DNA from: Octopus bimaculoides
Taxonomy: Eukaryota
Length of the DNA: 64,000 nucleotides
Direction: 5' to 3'
Assembly: GCF_001194135.2 (NCBI RefSeq)
Contig: NC_069000.1
Coordinates: 25,244,972 to 25,308,971, forward strand
Shown: positions 24,095 to 36,059 of the stretch, one piece after another
Layout of the letters: each line of letters begins with the position of its first letter
Position numbering within the stretch: position 1 is the first letter of the stretch
Translations under genes and position numbers: made by a program
Notes under the pieces: generated by a model
Told to the model about the DNA's origin: nothing
Database searches by the model: none
The model's input: the letters and a program-made list of their open reading frames with translations, nothing else

Positions 24095-24298
24095 TTTGCC
24101 AAGGTGAAGGTAGTGCTTCGTTTGTCACTTGAAGCCATTTCATTGAGTTTATATGACTGGAAGAACAGGAGGGAATCTTCTGTCACTCTCGACGATGAGC
24201 ATTCCTGGAATTCGAACTTATTCATTGAATTACAGTGTAAAGTGGAATCCCCAAACAAAATCAGCATAACACTGATTAGGTCCCGTCCCTCCGACAGG
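24095..24298 (+). CDS. unverified candidate internal exon (204 nt, phase 0/0)
   Basis: TATTTTCATAG acceptor and AGG|GTAAAC donor around an open frame FAKVKVVLRLSLEAISLSLYDWKNRRESSVTLDDEHSWNSNLFIELQCKVESPNKISITLIRSRPSDR; no homology recognised. Confidence 0.2.
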
Positions 24299-24408
24299 GT
24301 AAACCTACAGTTTCCGCCAAACTTAATACCACCCACGTAACTTGGGGCGAACGAAGGCTATGCTTCAATTCGAAACCTGGAACTACTTGATTGCGAAGCG
24401 AATGGCCT

Positions 24409-24542
24409 TCAAAGCTTAGCCCTTCTTGCGACNNNNNNNNNNNNNNNNNNNNNNNNNNNNNNNNNNNNNNNNNNNNNNNNNNNNNNNNNNNNNNNNNNNN
24501 NNNNNNNNNNNNNNNNNNTGCGACCTGATAAGCAAATGGCAA
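24409..24542 (-). CDS. candidate (terminal) exon of a minus-strand host gene; spans an 86-N gap
   Basis: Textbook 3' splice site CTAAT..TTTTTTTGCAG|; if the gap closes on the shared TGCGAC hexamer, phase 0 reads LPFAYQVARRAKL*. Confidence 0.35.
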
Positions 24543-24645
24543 CTGCAAAAAAACATAAGCATTAGAGTATATTGTTACACTTCAGAATAAACCTTGTGCG
24601 CAGTAATAAAACACACACGCACACACACATATACACGCACGCACG

Positions 24646-24697
<52 letters not shown>

Positions 24698-25254
24698 TTT
24701 ATGGCTGACATTTCATTATTTTCTTTCGCGGTATTATTATAGGGGCAGGATTTGTAATTTTAATCCCATCCAGTGGCTATCAGTAATTATATTAGTGCGC
24801 ATCATAAGTGCATATATGCGTATACGTATGAGTGCGTTATGTTGGAGACTGTGAATATGTGCGTACGTGTGTGTGTGTTTATGCATGTGTGTATTTTTGT
24901 GAGTGTGTGTATATAAATACATACACTCATATATATGCGTATGTGAAGGCTACGTATATATACACACATACAAACACAAACATACATATGTATGTATATG
25001 AATGTATATGTGTTTATGTGTACAGTTCATGTGATGCAAGTTAGAAATTAGGTGATATCTCCACGTAAATTGCTAACATACCAAACACAATTGTCCGACA
25101 TTTAACAACAAATTCTTCCATCATGACTACCTCACCTGACGCACACCACTGGCACAATGAAAGGTTACAAAGTAAAATAATTGTGCAATCACTATCATCG
25201 CTGTTGACGTCGTCGTAATTAGAGTAACTACAGTTGTTGTTGTTGTTGTTTACT

Positions 25255-25450
25255 CCCTGGGCAGCCCAAGGCAGTAATGATTGAGTGGACGTATGGCCAA
25301 AAAAATCCTAGAAGTGACCGTTATTTTTCCATTTTGTACTGTGAGCTCGTCATTAATCAATGTGTCTTTTCCTAAAATGGCTGGGGTTGAATTTGAATGA
25401 GATTTGGGGATGCTATTTCTAGCAAGTTGCGCTGCCACGTATAAGCGTTT
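25255..25450 (-). mobile_element. SINE/LINE 3' tail ending in (CAA)n; related fragments at about 8130-8190 and 30600-30880
   Basis: Shared GCTA(G/A)AAATA(G/A)C..CAAATCTC..TCAAAT motif; (TTG)n run at 25235-25250. Confidence 0.45.
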
Positions 25451-25479
25451 ACGTTGGCTTGAGTAGTAGTAGTTAAGAA

Positions 25480-26225
25480 AACAATTCTTACATTCGTTTG
25501 TTAAAACTTCCGGTGGGTCGATTTTTATAATTGACTCAGCCGACAGCCGTACTCTTCTTTCGCCGGACAACAGGTGTTCAGCATAAATCTAGATATCTTC
25601 GGACACTGGACAATAGCGTGAGGGAGGGTCTCCATGTCTCCCCTGCATCTTAGACAGGTCGGAAACTGACGCTTACTATGCCTTGCGAGCTTATCCCAAT
25701 CGTGCAAGGCACCTCTGTAACATTGCCAGTTCAAGGACTTTTGGAAGTTGTCCAACGTTCTCAACCCCTAATATACGATGGAACGGGCTGTCCAGTTGAA
25801 TATACCCGAGACCTAGAGTTGCCCCCAGGCCATCGTCGCATTCAGACTCTACCAACCCACTACATAAAATTCGTGTAGAGCGCCGGAATAGCAGGAGGAC
25901 CTTACGGTACTCTTTATGCTGTTCACTCGACCTCGGTCTACGAAACCACCAGGTTTCTTGTTCGCAAAAGCTTTTGAACTCGGGAAACATTTGTCTGGCC
26001 AGCGGAGACCAAATCAGTTAACCATCCAGGAGAATCCAGAGATGTCTCAACCTCAACGCATACCTGCGCATCATTAACCAAGGCATCTCTAAACCTCCCT
26101 TTAACGGCTTTCGACAACAGACAGAGCGTTTCACAAGTGGTGACCTGCCCTTCCGCAAAAAGCGAAAGAGCTGTCTCTCCAACCTGATCAACCACGAATC
26201 CAGACAGCGCACGACGGTCAGGCTT
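25480..26225 (-). mobile_element. Tx1/L1-like LINE 3' fragment
   Basis: RLERQLFRFLRKGRSPLVKRSVCCRKPLKGGLEMPWL; DNFQKSLNWQCYRGAL..CLRCRGDMETLPHAIVQCP. Confidence 0.85.
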
Positions 26226-26305
26226 TTCTCATTGTAAACACTTTCCTCTATGTATATATTTCCACGCTCTCTATCACTCTCTGTAAATGCATATCACCTA
26301 CACTG

Positions 26306-26357
<52 letters not shown>

Positions 26358-26374
26358 GAACTTTGGGTATACAC

Positions 26375-27177
26375 CTGTTAGTGTACCGATTAAAGCACTT
26401 TCACTGTCTGTGGCTACCCGATATCAAGCACAGTTTTAATGTAAATGTCACAAGATTTATTTCAGGAATTCCGGAGTGTTCTTTGACTATATTACAAATG
26501 AACGAAGCAGAAAATGAAATTCCCGAGAATATTTTTATAAAGATTCTCATGAATACAATTTGCAATGAAAGGCCTTCAAACCATGCCTTCGAGCTAAACA
26601 TGTAGGAGTGGGATATGTGTGTGGATGAAGGGGGTATCAATGAAGGGAGAAGGTGGTAGGAGTGAAGAGAAGAAGTAGGTGTCAGATGAAGAGAGGAGAG
26701 GAGGGGAATCAAATGAAGAGGAGAGGGGAGTTGAGCCCATGTGGCACAAAGGAGTGAAGAGAAGATTAATTCTTTTTCACGGTGAAGGCGGGGTCCGGAT
26801 GGCACCTGTACAAAGACAATCCGAACAGAGACAGGAATGAATGACCGGTAAAGCGGAAATGGCGCGAGAACGGGGTGTCGTTACCGAGTCTAACGTCGCG
26901 GAGGTACTCCGCGAACCGGTCAGCCAAGTGGCGTCCCGTTTGACCGATGTACAGAGGACAGAAAGAGCAAGTGATGCAGTAAATGACATTGCTAGAAGTG
27001 CAGGTAAAGGAGTCTGATATGGTAGGGACGATGATGGGTGTCTGTGAGGATCGTGGTATTGGAGAGGTAGGGGCAAGTGCGGAAGCGTGGTCAGGAGTAG
27101 AGGAACGAGCCAAGTTGGGAAGTGGGGTTAGGGAAGAAACTGTGGGCCAGGAGGTTACGTAGGTTGTGAGCTCATTT
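26375..27177 (-). mobile_element. Penelope-like element, GIY-YIG endonuclease region and 3' part
   Basis: FTCTSSNVIYCITCSFCPLYIGQTGRHLADRFAEYLRDVR. Confidence 0.85.
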
Positions 27178-28070
27178 NNNNNNNNNNNNNNNNNNNNNNN
27201 NNNNNNNNNNNNNNNNNNNNNNNNNNNNNNNNNNNNNNNNNNNNNNNNNNNNNNNNNNNNNNNNNNNNNNNNNNNNNNNNNNNNNNNNNNNNNNNNNNNN
27301 NNNNNNNNNNNNNNNNNNNNNNNNNNNNNNNNNNNNNNNNNNNNNNNNNNNNNNNNNNNNNNNNNNNNNNNNNNNNNNNNNNNNNNNNNNNNNNNNNNNN
27401 NNNNNNNNNNNNNNNNNNNNNNNNNNNNNNNNNNNNNNNNNNNNNNNNNNNNNNNNNNNNNNNNNNNNNNNNNNNNNNNNNNNNNNNNNNNNNNNNNNNN
27501 NNNNNNNNNNNNNNNNNNNNNNNNNNNNNNNNNNNNNNNNNNNNNNNNNNNNNNNNNNNNNNNNNNNNNNNNNNNNNNNNNNNNNNNNNNNNNNNNNNNN
27601 NNNNNNNNNNNNNNNNNNNNNNNNNNNNNNNNNNNNNNNNNNNNNNNNNNNNNNNNNNNNNNNNNNNNNNNNNNNNNNNNNNNNNNNNNNNNNNNNNNNN
27701 NNNNNNNNNNNNNNNNNNNNNNNNNNNNNNNNNNNNNNNNNNNNNNNNNNNNNNNNNNNNNNNNNNNNNNNNNNNNNNNNNNNNNNNNNNNNNNNNNNNN
27801 NNNNNNNNNNNNNNNNNNNNNNNNNNNNNNNNNNNNNNNNNNNNNNNNNNNNNNNNNNNNNNNNNNNNNNNNNNNNNNNNNNNNNNNNNNNNNNNNNNNN
27901 NNNNNNNNNNNNNNNNNNNNNNNNNNNNNNNNNNNNNNNNNNNNNNNNNNNNNNNNNNNNNNNNNNNNNNNNNNNNNNNNNNNNNNNNNNNNNNNNNNNN
28001 NNNNNNNNNNNNNNNNNNNNNNNNNNNNNNNNNNNNNNNNNNNNNNNNNNNNNNNNNNNNNNNNNNNNNN

Positions 28071-28410
28071 TCAGATTTATCATCGCATTGTCTCTCTACT
28101 ACCTCTGTCAAATGAATCACCAAAATTGGCCTTTCATTATTTATAATCTGTACCTGTTTGTTTGGTTACGAAATAAAATACACAAAACGTGTTTCTGAAT
28201 TACGTGTATTTACTTTATATACATATGAGTTGAAAACTTTCTTCTAGCATTCCACTTAATATCTATGTTCCATGCTGGCATGGATTGGAGAGTTATTAAT
28301 GTAGAAATATGGTATCGTAGCTACTAACAGTTGAGGGTTGCGTAGTCTAGACGGCGTTTTTAGATTTCATTATTCTCTTTAACCCGGGCAACGCCGGGTA
28401 TTTCTGCTAG
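28071..28410 (+). mobile_element. non-autonomous Helitron 3' end
   Basis: Hairpin ACCCGG-GCAACG-CCGGGT (28382-28399), then CTAG (28407-28410) followed by T; the 5' end is not located and may lie in the gap. Confidence 0.7.
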
Positions 28411-28411
28411 T

Positions 28412-29260
28412 CTTTAATAAATAATGGAATCAAATGATCTAAGGAAATAGACATAAAAACATTAAGGGAAGTCAACCGAAATACTAAACCAGACTTAAAA
28501 ATACTCCCATACATCTCCACACATAACCCTAGAAACAACGAAGCCTTTAACGTTATCATCCAAAATCTACACATCCTCACAAGAGATAAAACAATGAACA
28601 AAATTTTAGACTCAAACAAAATTATCAAAAGTAAAATGCAACCTAAATCACTGAAACAAATATTAACCAGCGCAAGACTGTATCCATTAACAACAGAACC
28701 AAAAGTGAAAAAGTGTGGTACTTGCCCCCATCTTTTGGAGGGTTCAGAGTTCCACTTTAAACAAGGTAAAATATTTAAGAATGAATCAAATTTTACCTGT
28801 GCTTCGGAAAATCTAATCTATGCCATTACATGCTTAGGGTGTAGTAATAATTATATTGGCCAAACAAGAATATCACTCCGTAGAAGAACCACTCTCCACA
28901 AAGAACAAATCCGCCACCCACATTACAGACAGATATAGGTCAGTGGACACATAGAAAGGTGTGCGAGGAATCTTAATCCTAATTTCCTAATTTTTCCCTT
29001 CTATTAATGTTCGCAGAACACCTCAACACAACAAAGAATGAATAAAAAGGCAATTTTCATCAATAAATATCTTCCTCCACTAAATATGAACACATAACAT
29101 ATAGAACACTACTAATCTTCCATTTAATACCACTAACCCCCATACATCCCATACACCATTCACATTACAGATCTCGATCTACCCTAATTGCACCAAATCC
29201 AGAACTACTTACCTCCCTTACACATAATCTTTTTACTAAGGAACTAATATGTGCATTTTT
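28412..29260 (+). mobile_element. Penelope-like element 3' part with GIY-YIG domain
   Basis: LPYISTHNPRN..KSKMQPKSLKQILTSA..NFTCASENLIYAITCLGCSNNYIGQTRISLRRRTTLHKEQIR..INKYLPPLN. Confidence 0.9.
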
Positions 29261-29341
29261 CTGCTTACTTTCCCCTTACATTTCCACGTGTAGTTTCTAT
29301 TTTGCTTTTATAACATATTTCTATTATATTGTTTTGTTTGT

Positions 29342-29467
29342 TGGCACTCCGTCGCTTACGATGTCGAGGGTTCCAGTTGATCCGATCAACGGAACAGCCT
29401 GCTTGTGAAATTAACGTGCAAGTGGCTGAGCACTCCACAGACACGTGTACCCTTAACGTAGTTCTCA
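29342..29467 (-). mobile_element. family C SINE tail
   Basis: Homologous to 10293-10390 (GCACTCCGTCG..CAACGGA(A/G)CAGCCTGCT..TTAACGTAGTTCTCA). Confidence 0.75.
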
Positions 29468-29470
29468 TAT

Positions 29471-29613
29471 AATGGCCCAGTGGTTAGGGCAGCGGACACA
29501 CGGTCATAGGATCGCGGTTTCGATTCCCAGACCGGGCGTTGTGAGTGTTTATTGAGCAAAAACACCTAAAAGCTCCACGAGGCTCCGGCAGGGGATGGTG
29601 GCGAACCCTGCTG
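29471..29613 (+). mobile_element. tRNA-derived SINE head (family D)
   Basis: A-box-like TGGCCCAGTGG and B-box-like GGTTTCGATTCCC, continuing into non-tRNA sequence. Confidence 0.7.
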
Positions 29614-30451
29614 NNNNNNNNNNNNNNNNNNNNNNNNNNNNNNNNNNNNNNNNNNNNNNNNNNNNNNNNNNNNNNNNNNNNNNNNNNNNNNNNNNNNNNN
29701 NNNNNNNNNNNNNNNNNNNNNNNNNNNNNNNNNNNNNNNNNNNNNNNNNNNNNNNNNNNNNNNNNNNNNNNNNNNNNNNNNNNNNNNNNNNNNNNNNNNN
29801 NNNNNNNNNNNNNNNNNNNNNNNNNNNNNNNNNNNNNNNNNNNNNNNNNNNNNNNNNNNNNNNNNNNNNNNNNNNNNNNNNNNNNNNNNNNNNNNNNNNN
29901 NNNNNNNNNNNNNNNNNNNNNNNNNNNNNNNNNNNNNNNNNNNNNNNNNNNNNNNNNNNNNNNNNNNNNNNNNNNNNNNNNNNNNNNNNNNNNNNNNNNN
30001 NNNNNNNNNNNNNNNNNNNNNNNNNNNNNNNNNNNNNNNNNNNNNNNNNNNNNNNNNNNNNNNNNNNNNNNNNNNNNNNNNNNNNNNNNNNNNNNNNNNN
30101 NNNNNNNNNNNATATATATATATATAATGTTTTTAACGCAAAATAATATTATTAGATTCTCCAGCTGTTGTATCAATATGAATAGCTTACAATAAAGTTT
30201 CAACGGAGATAGATTAGGAAAATTGATTAAGAGGGGAGGATTGCAATAAAAGCGTGGGGTGGGGGTAATCTTAAAAATTAATAACAATGCGATATATACA
30301 TTGTTTAACTCAATCCTGGCAATTTAAATGTTTAACACAATCCTGGCAACTAGTACACACACACATAGACACACACGCACACACACACACACACATACAT
30401 ACATACATACGTACATATACGATGTATAAATATACTTTTTCNNNNNNNNNN

Positions 30452-30515
<64 letters not shown>

Positions 30516-31192
30516 AGTGTGTTCACGCGTGTTTATCTTTCTGATGCATTTTGGTCAATGATGCTAACATCGACAATAAATTGCTGTCTTAGAACAAGAA
30601 TTACCTGCCTGGCAATTTTCTCACTCGCGTTGCACAGACACCTTGTGAGTCAAGGCGTCATAAGTGCAGCGGGAAACTTCTATATAGTCGATTGATCTGC
30701 TAAAAATAACTGCAAAATCTCACTCAAATCAAATGATACAGTTTTGGCAAAGAACACAATTGATAATGTAATCCGAGATTCTCTGTACAAAGAAGACAAT
30801 CATGGTAAGAATTCCTTTAATCATAAGCTTAGACTATCAAACTTATGATCAAAGCCTTCTAACCATGACCGAGGGCTAAGCAGAAGCCACTCACTGCAAA
30901 CCAATAGCCAACGACACTGTTGTTCTCAATATGCAATATAACGTAATTTTAAGACTGCATTCCATAGGCTGAGAGTGTATCTCGTTACACAGCATTTGTA
31001 AAAGTCATTGACATTAGTTTCGTTGTAGTCGGGTACTGTTGATATTTTGCTGTTACAGAATAACCCCAGCTAAAGCTATGATCGAGCAGATATTTCGCCA
31101 AATGCATTTCAGCTGTAACTATCTTATCTCCACTTTTTTTTCATATTTATATGGCAGCTGATCTAGGATCATATCAGCCAAAGTAGGCTTAC

Positions 31193-31326
31193 CTTAAGAG
31201 AGTAAGGTGTAATTATTTTTTCGGACCACTGACATTGTAGGAAGAAATGTATCACCAAACCGGAAATATGCTCCGATATCGTCAAACTGGAATCTGGCCT
31301 GAATGCTTCTCACAAACTGGATTCCA
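31193..31326 (-). other. candidate 134-nt spliced exon; no fully open frame
   Basis: TTTAAC..CCCTGTGTTTAG| acceptor and AAG|GTAAGC donor in non-repeat sequence. Confidence 0.3.
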
Positions 31327-31419
31327 CTAAACACAGGGTGTTAAACCGAGCGATTAATTAAATCTACCACTCAAGAACTCGAAACTCAAAGAAAAATACG
31401 AGACCTCGTGTGTGGCTTT

Positions 31420-33075
31420 CGAATGATTCCGTTAATCCATCAACCTGGACTGGTACTTTATTTTATCAACTCCAAAAGTATTAAAGGCAAAGATATCTCG
31501 GAGGGATTTGAACCAACATTGCGGCGAACTGGAGTAAATTCTGTGGCATATTTTGTCCTACCTTCCAACAACTCTCCTCGTTTACCACCAACTGAGTCAG
31601 TTTCGTTGTTATTTCTGGTAGGTCGTGCGTACATATGGATGTGCCTCTTTGATTAGCGATATTATTCTTGTTGACTTCCAGGTCAATCCTGATGGAGCAG
31701 ACCAGTAATCAAAGCATTTCAGCCGTGACCATCTCGTCCTTTTATGCTGAAATATATTGTAAAAAACATACAGAACATATGACTATGTCTTATATATATG
31801 GTGACGTTGTTGTTGATAATATTAATATTGTTATTTATGTAGATGTTGTGACTGTTCTTGCCACTCTACTGCCTCTGTGGGCGTTGTTATTGTTGTTATT
31901 ATCTACATTACAGGACAAAACTTCTCATGTTATTTAGTTACTTCACTTTACGTTTTGAGGTTTAATTTGCATTCAGGTGTCGAAAAAAAGAAAAATCAAA
32001 CAAACCAAGAAAGGTGTCAATCATTTTGTGATGGAAGGAATGATTGATATATTCGACTATTCCTTTCCCTTCAAAATGTATAGACTGTGTCGATTCATAC
32101 TTTCATACTTTCGAGAGTTGATAAAATAAGTAATATGCATATACTCAGGACGAATTTCTTTTCTCTCACAAAATGTCTGACCTTCAATCTCTGTCAAATA
32201 GTTTAATTCCACGACTTAATTTTGTAGACATTTTTTATAAATAAAGTTTATCTTTTCATAAAAAGGTCAACTATTTCTAAATATGCAGATCTAATCTCAC
32301 AAGCTCATAAATATGATTAAGAATATGCTAAAACATTGGTTTCTAACAAAAATTACAGCGGTGGAGGAGTATAATTAATTCAATTTATGCGAGTAATGAA
32401 CTGGCACGTCTTTACAATAGCTTCAGGAAGTTGAAAGGTAATGTTCACCCCAGTGAGATATGAACATAGAAAATAAAGGGAGCCAACTATATATCGGTTT
32501 CAAATTGTGGCACAAGGCTAGCAAGTTCGGGAGAGGGAAAGGAATAGTCGAATATATTAATCACTCCTCCATCACAAAATGATTGGTACTTCTCTCTTTT
32601 TTTTTTCGACACCCGAAGGCCAATGAAATGCAAATTTAGTCCTTGAAACGTAAAGTGAAGTAACTAGATAACGTGGGGAAATTTTGCCCTGTAATGTAGA
32701 TAGTAACAGTAACAACAACACTCATAGAGGCAGTAGAGTCACAAGAACATTCACAACAACATTGGCCCAGTATTCAACTGGTACTTATTTTACCAACTCC
32801 GAAAGGGTGAAATGCAAAGTCGACCTCGGCGGCATTTGAACTCAGAACGTAAAGACGGATGAAATGCCGCTAATCATTTTGCCCGACATGCTAACGATTC
32901 TGCCAATATAATTGCCCTAATCATGTTCCCCTAATTATCATAATTTCAATAATTAAGATAACGGTTTCGAAGATAAAGGTAGAACGGCGAAGAAAATGCT
33001 TTGCAATATTTTGTTACGGTTCTTTGCAGTCTGAGTTCAAATCCCGTTTAGGTCAACTTTGCCTTGCAACCTTTC
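31420..33075. mobile_element. cluster of four decayed family B SINE fragments (about 31420-31570, 32500-32700, 32760-32905, 32990-33075)
   Basis: Repeated CTGGTACTT(T/A)TTTT..AAAGG..AAAGTCGACCTCGG motifs. Confidence 0.7.
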
Positions 33076-33374
33076 AGAATTTTTCTTTCTCTCTCTCTCT
33101 CTCTCTGGCTTATTATCAGCAAGGTTGCAGTATCGGGAAGGGCCATGTAAGGGTACTTATAACTCACACTCACTAGAACTGGGGTAGGATTCAGTGAGGG
33201 GAAAGCTCTGTCTTCTCACGGGAAAACTGATATACCTTAAAACATTACTAGAACGAGGTATAAGCATAGCACAGAATGAAAAAAGAAATAAAATATTGAT
33301 ATTAATAAATGAATAAAGAAAATCTGAGATAGATACATATAAAAAAAGTTGTAACATGCATCATCTGTTACATA

Positions 33375-33609
33375 TAGTGTGGCTCAAAAGTAGGTTTACA
33401 GTTATTCAACTGTCCCTTTCACATTCATATATTAACAATTTAGATCTTAATTATAAAAAAATATGAAACCATTATTCTATGCTAATTAAGTTAATTTTGT
33501 CAAGCTCCCTTTTCTGTTTGTAAGATAGAAATTTAAATGTAATAAAATGTTTTAAAATAAATTTAAAGTGGCTACGTGATAACTGTAAACCTACTTTTGG
33601 ACCAGCTCG
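33375..33609. mobile_element. Tc1/mariner-type MITE with TA TSD
   Basis: Perfect 20-bp inverted repeat CAAAAGTAGGTTTACAGTTA (33385-33404 and 33580-33599), TA on both flanks. Confidence 0.75.
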
Positions 33610-33612
33610 TAC

Positions 33613-34728
33613 GTTCAAGAAGTATCCGACTTTTGGACATAAAAAAAAAAGCAATTTTGTACATTTCATAAATTTTATTCAATCATCTTCAAAATACTCC
33701 ACTTTGGAGTTCAGACACTTCTCCCAGCGGTTCTCCCACTGCTGGTAACGCCTGGGGAATACCTTTTCTGGAATGGTATACAGCTCCGCCGTCGCTTTAC
33801 TCATAATTTCCTTTTGCTACTCAAATAGCTTTCCATCTGAAAATTTTAGTTTGGAGAAGAACCAGAAGTCACACAGTGCCAAGTCGGGAGAGTAGGTAAC
33901 TTGTCGAACAAGTGGTGTGTTGTTCTTGATCAGTGAATCTTGGATTATGCGGGCGGGATGAGGGGGAACATTGTCATGGTGAAGTTGACAATTCTTCGTC
34001 GACCACATGTCCGGTCACTTTCGACGCACTGCATCACGAAGGTGACATATAACCTCCAGGTAATATCCCTTATTGATTGGTTGGCTTTGTGGTACGTATT
34101 CATGATACACAATACCATGGGAGTCAAGCAAACAGGTCAACATTACCTTTCATTAACTGCAAACCTATCATGCTCTTTTGAGCCTCGGTGATGACGGATG
34201 CTTTCATTGGGAGGACTTAAACTTGGTTCCCGGGTCGTAAACATGAACCCACGTCTCATCATCAGTGATGATGGTCGTCGTGAAGTCTGGGTCATCGTTT
34301 GCACTGTCCAGCATGTCCTGAACGATTTCAATCGACTTCTCGTTTCGGCTTGTGTTTAGCTTGCATGAGCGTGCCTCGCTTTCCACTGAGGTGTGGCCAT
34401 ATTTGAAGTGGTTGATCTTTGATCTGAATTTTACCCACAACATCATCGCCAAAGGCCTACTGAATCTTCTGGATGGCTTGAGTTTGAGTATCGGGTTTTT
34501 GGCAAAACTTGATGCTATATCTCTGCTCGACGGGTTCGGTCATCTTATGTGAGCACGAAAATCCGATGAGTGCGGACTACACGGATGTACACTAGGCATA
34601 ACAGTTGGGGACTGAAGCGGCCTACCGGACAGGAAGAGTGGCGTCACATCTTATGCAAAGGTTTTTGCCCACGCTGCATTAGTTTTGGCGGGAAGAAATA
34701 AAGTCGGATACTTTTTGAACACACCTCG
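33613..34728 (-). mobile_element. internally deleted mariner element with both TIRs
   Basis: TIR CGAGGTGTGTTCAAAAAGTATCCGACTTT at the right end, truncated copy at the left; DDPDFTTTIITDDETWVHVYDPGTK, LHHDNVPPH, YSPDLALCDFWFFSKLK. Confidence 0.9.
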
Positions 34729-35669
34729 TGTGTTTGTTTTTTCAGATGGTGGATACTGCCGCAAATAGAGTGCGCACGCACGCACACGTGCACATGCATA
34801 CGCACACACGTACCCCACATATTCATGTGTGTGGATGTATGTATATGTATATACATGTACGTATATGATTATATCTATATTTATTTATATTGTATATGTG
34901 TGCCTGCCTATATATATATATATATATNNNNNNNNNNNNNNNNNNNNNNNNNNNNNNNNNNNNNNNNNNNNNNNNNNNNNNNNNNNNNNNNNNNNNNNNN
35001 NNNNNNNNNNNNNNNNNNNNNNNNNNNNNNNNNNNNNNNNNNNNNNNNNNNNNNNNNNNNNNNNNNNNNNNNNNNNNNNNNNNNNNNNNNNNNNNNNNNN
35101 NNNNNNNNNNNNNNNNNNNNNNNNNNNNNNNNNNNNNNNNNNNNNNNNNNNNNNNNNNNNNNNNNNNNNNNNNNNNNNNNNNNNNNNNNNNNNNNNNNNN
35201 NNNNNNNNNNNNNNNNNNNNNNNNNNNNNNNNNNNNNNNNNNNNNNNNNNNNNNNNNNNNNNNNNNNNNNNNNNNNNNNNNNNNNNNNNNNNNNNNNNNN
35301 NNNNNNNNNNNNNNNNNNNNNNNNNNNNNNNNNNNNNNNNNNNNNNNNNNNNNNNNNNNNNNNNNNNNNNNNNNNNNNNNNNNNNNNNNNNNNNNNNNNN
35401 NNNNNNNNNNNNNNNNNNNNNNNNNNNNNNNNNNNNNNNNNNNNNNNNNNNNNNNNNNNNNNNNNNNNNNNNNNNNNNNNNNNNNNNNNNNNNNNNNNNN
35501 NNNNNNNNNNNNNNNNNNNNNNNNNNNNNNNNNNNNNNNNNNNNNNNNNNNNNNNNNNNNNNNNNNNNNNAGCCTCATCTTTTGAAATAATTCTTTAAAA
35601 TATCTGTCTATAATATCGATATCTACACTACATCACGGTCAGGTCAGTTTGATCATCGATTGATACCAG

Positions 35670-36045
35670 GTATTTAATTTTACATGTTTACACTTTTATC
35701 GCCTTCAAAGTATTCTCCAACTGAAGCAGTGTATCGGTCCTGGCGTGTTTTTCCCTATTCGAAACGGTGCTGGAACTCTCGTGAAGTGTTCCTAAAACGT
35801 AGACACCACTCGTAAACTTTTGTTTTGCTCATGGCAGCGTCCTTATAAGCTGTCCGAAGTGTGACAACCGTTTCGGTCACCGTTTTCCCCAGCAGAAAAC
35901 AGAATTTCACGGAAGCACGCTGTTCGTTGGTTTCAGCCATCGCAAACATCGATGAACAGGGAGAAGCACAGCAAAAAAGACTGATGCCTGAGGTTCGCAT
36001 CAAGTGGCTTATAGAGGCTTGTCCCACATTACCGTTATAACTCGT
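35670..36045 (-). mobile_element. mariner deletion derivative (N-terminus fused to the extreme C-terminus)
   Basis: EQRASVKFCFLLGKTVTETVVTLRTAYKDAAMSKTKVYEWCLRFRN joined to FQHRFE*..ASVGEYFEGDK. Confidence 0.8.
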
Positions 36046-36059
36046 TGAGGAGCCTTTTT

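Noticed and set aside
29471-29545. tRNA gene
   Set aside because: A/B boxes are present but the sequence continues into a SINE body and no complete cloverleaf is evident; the same applies to the other SINE heads.
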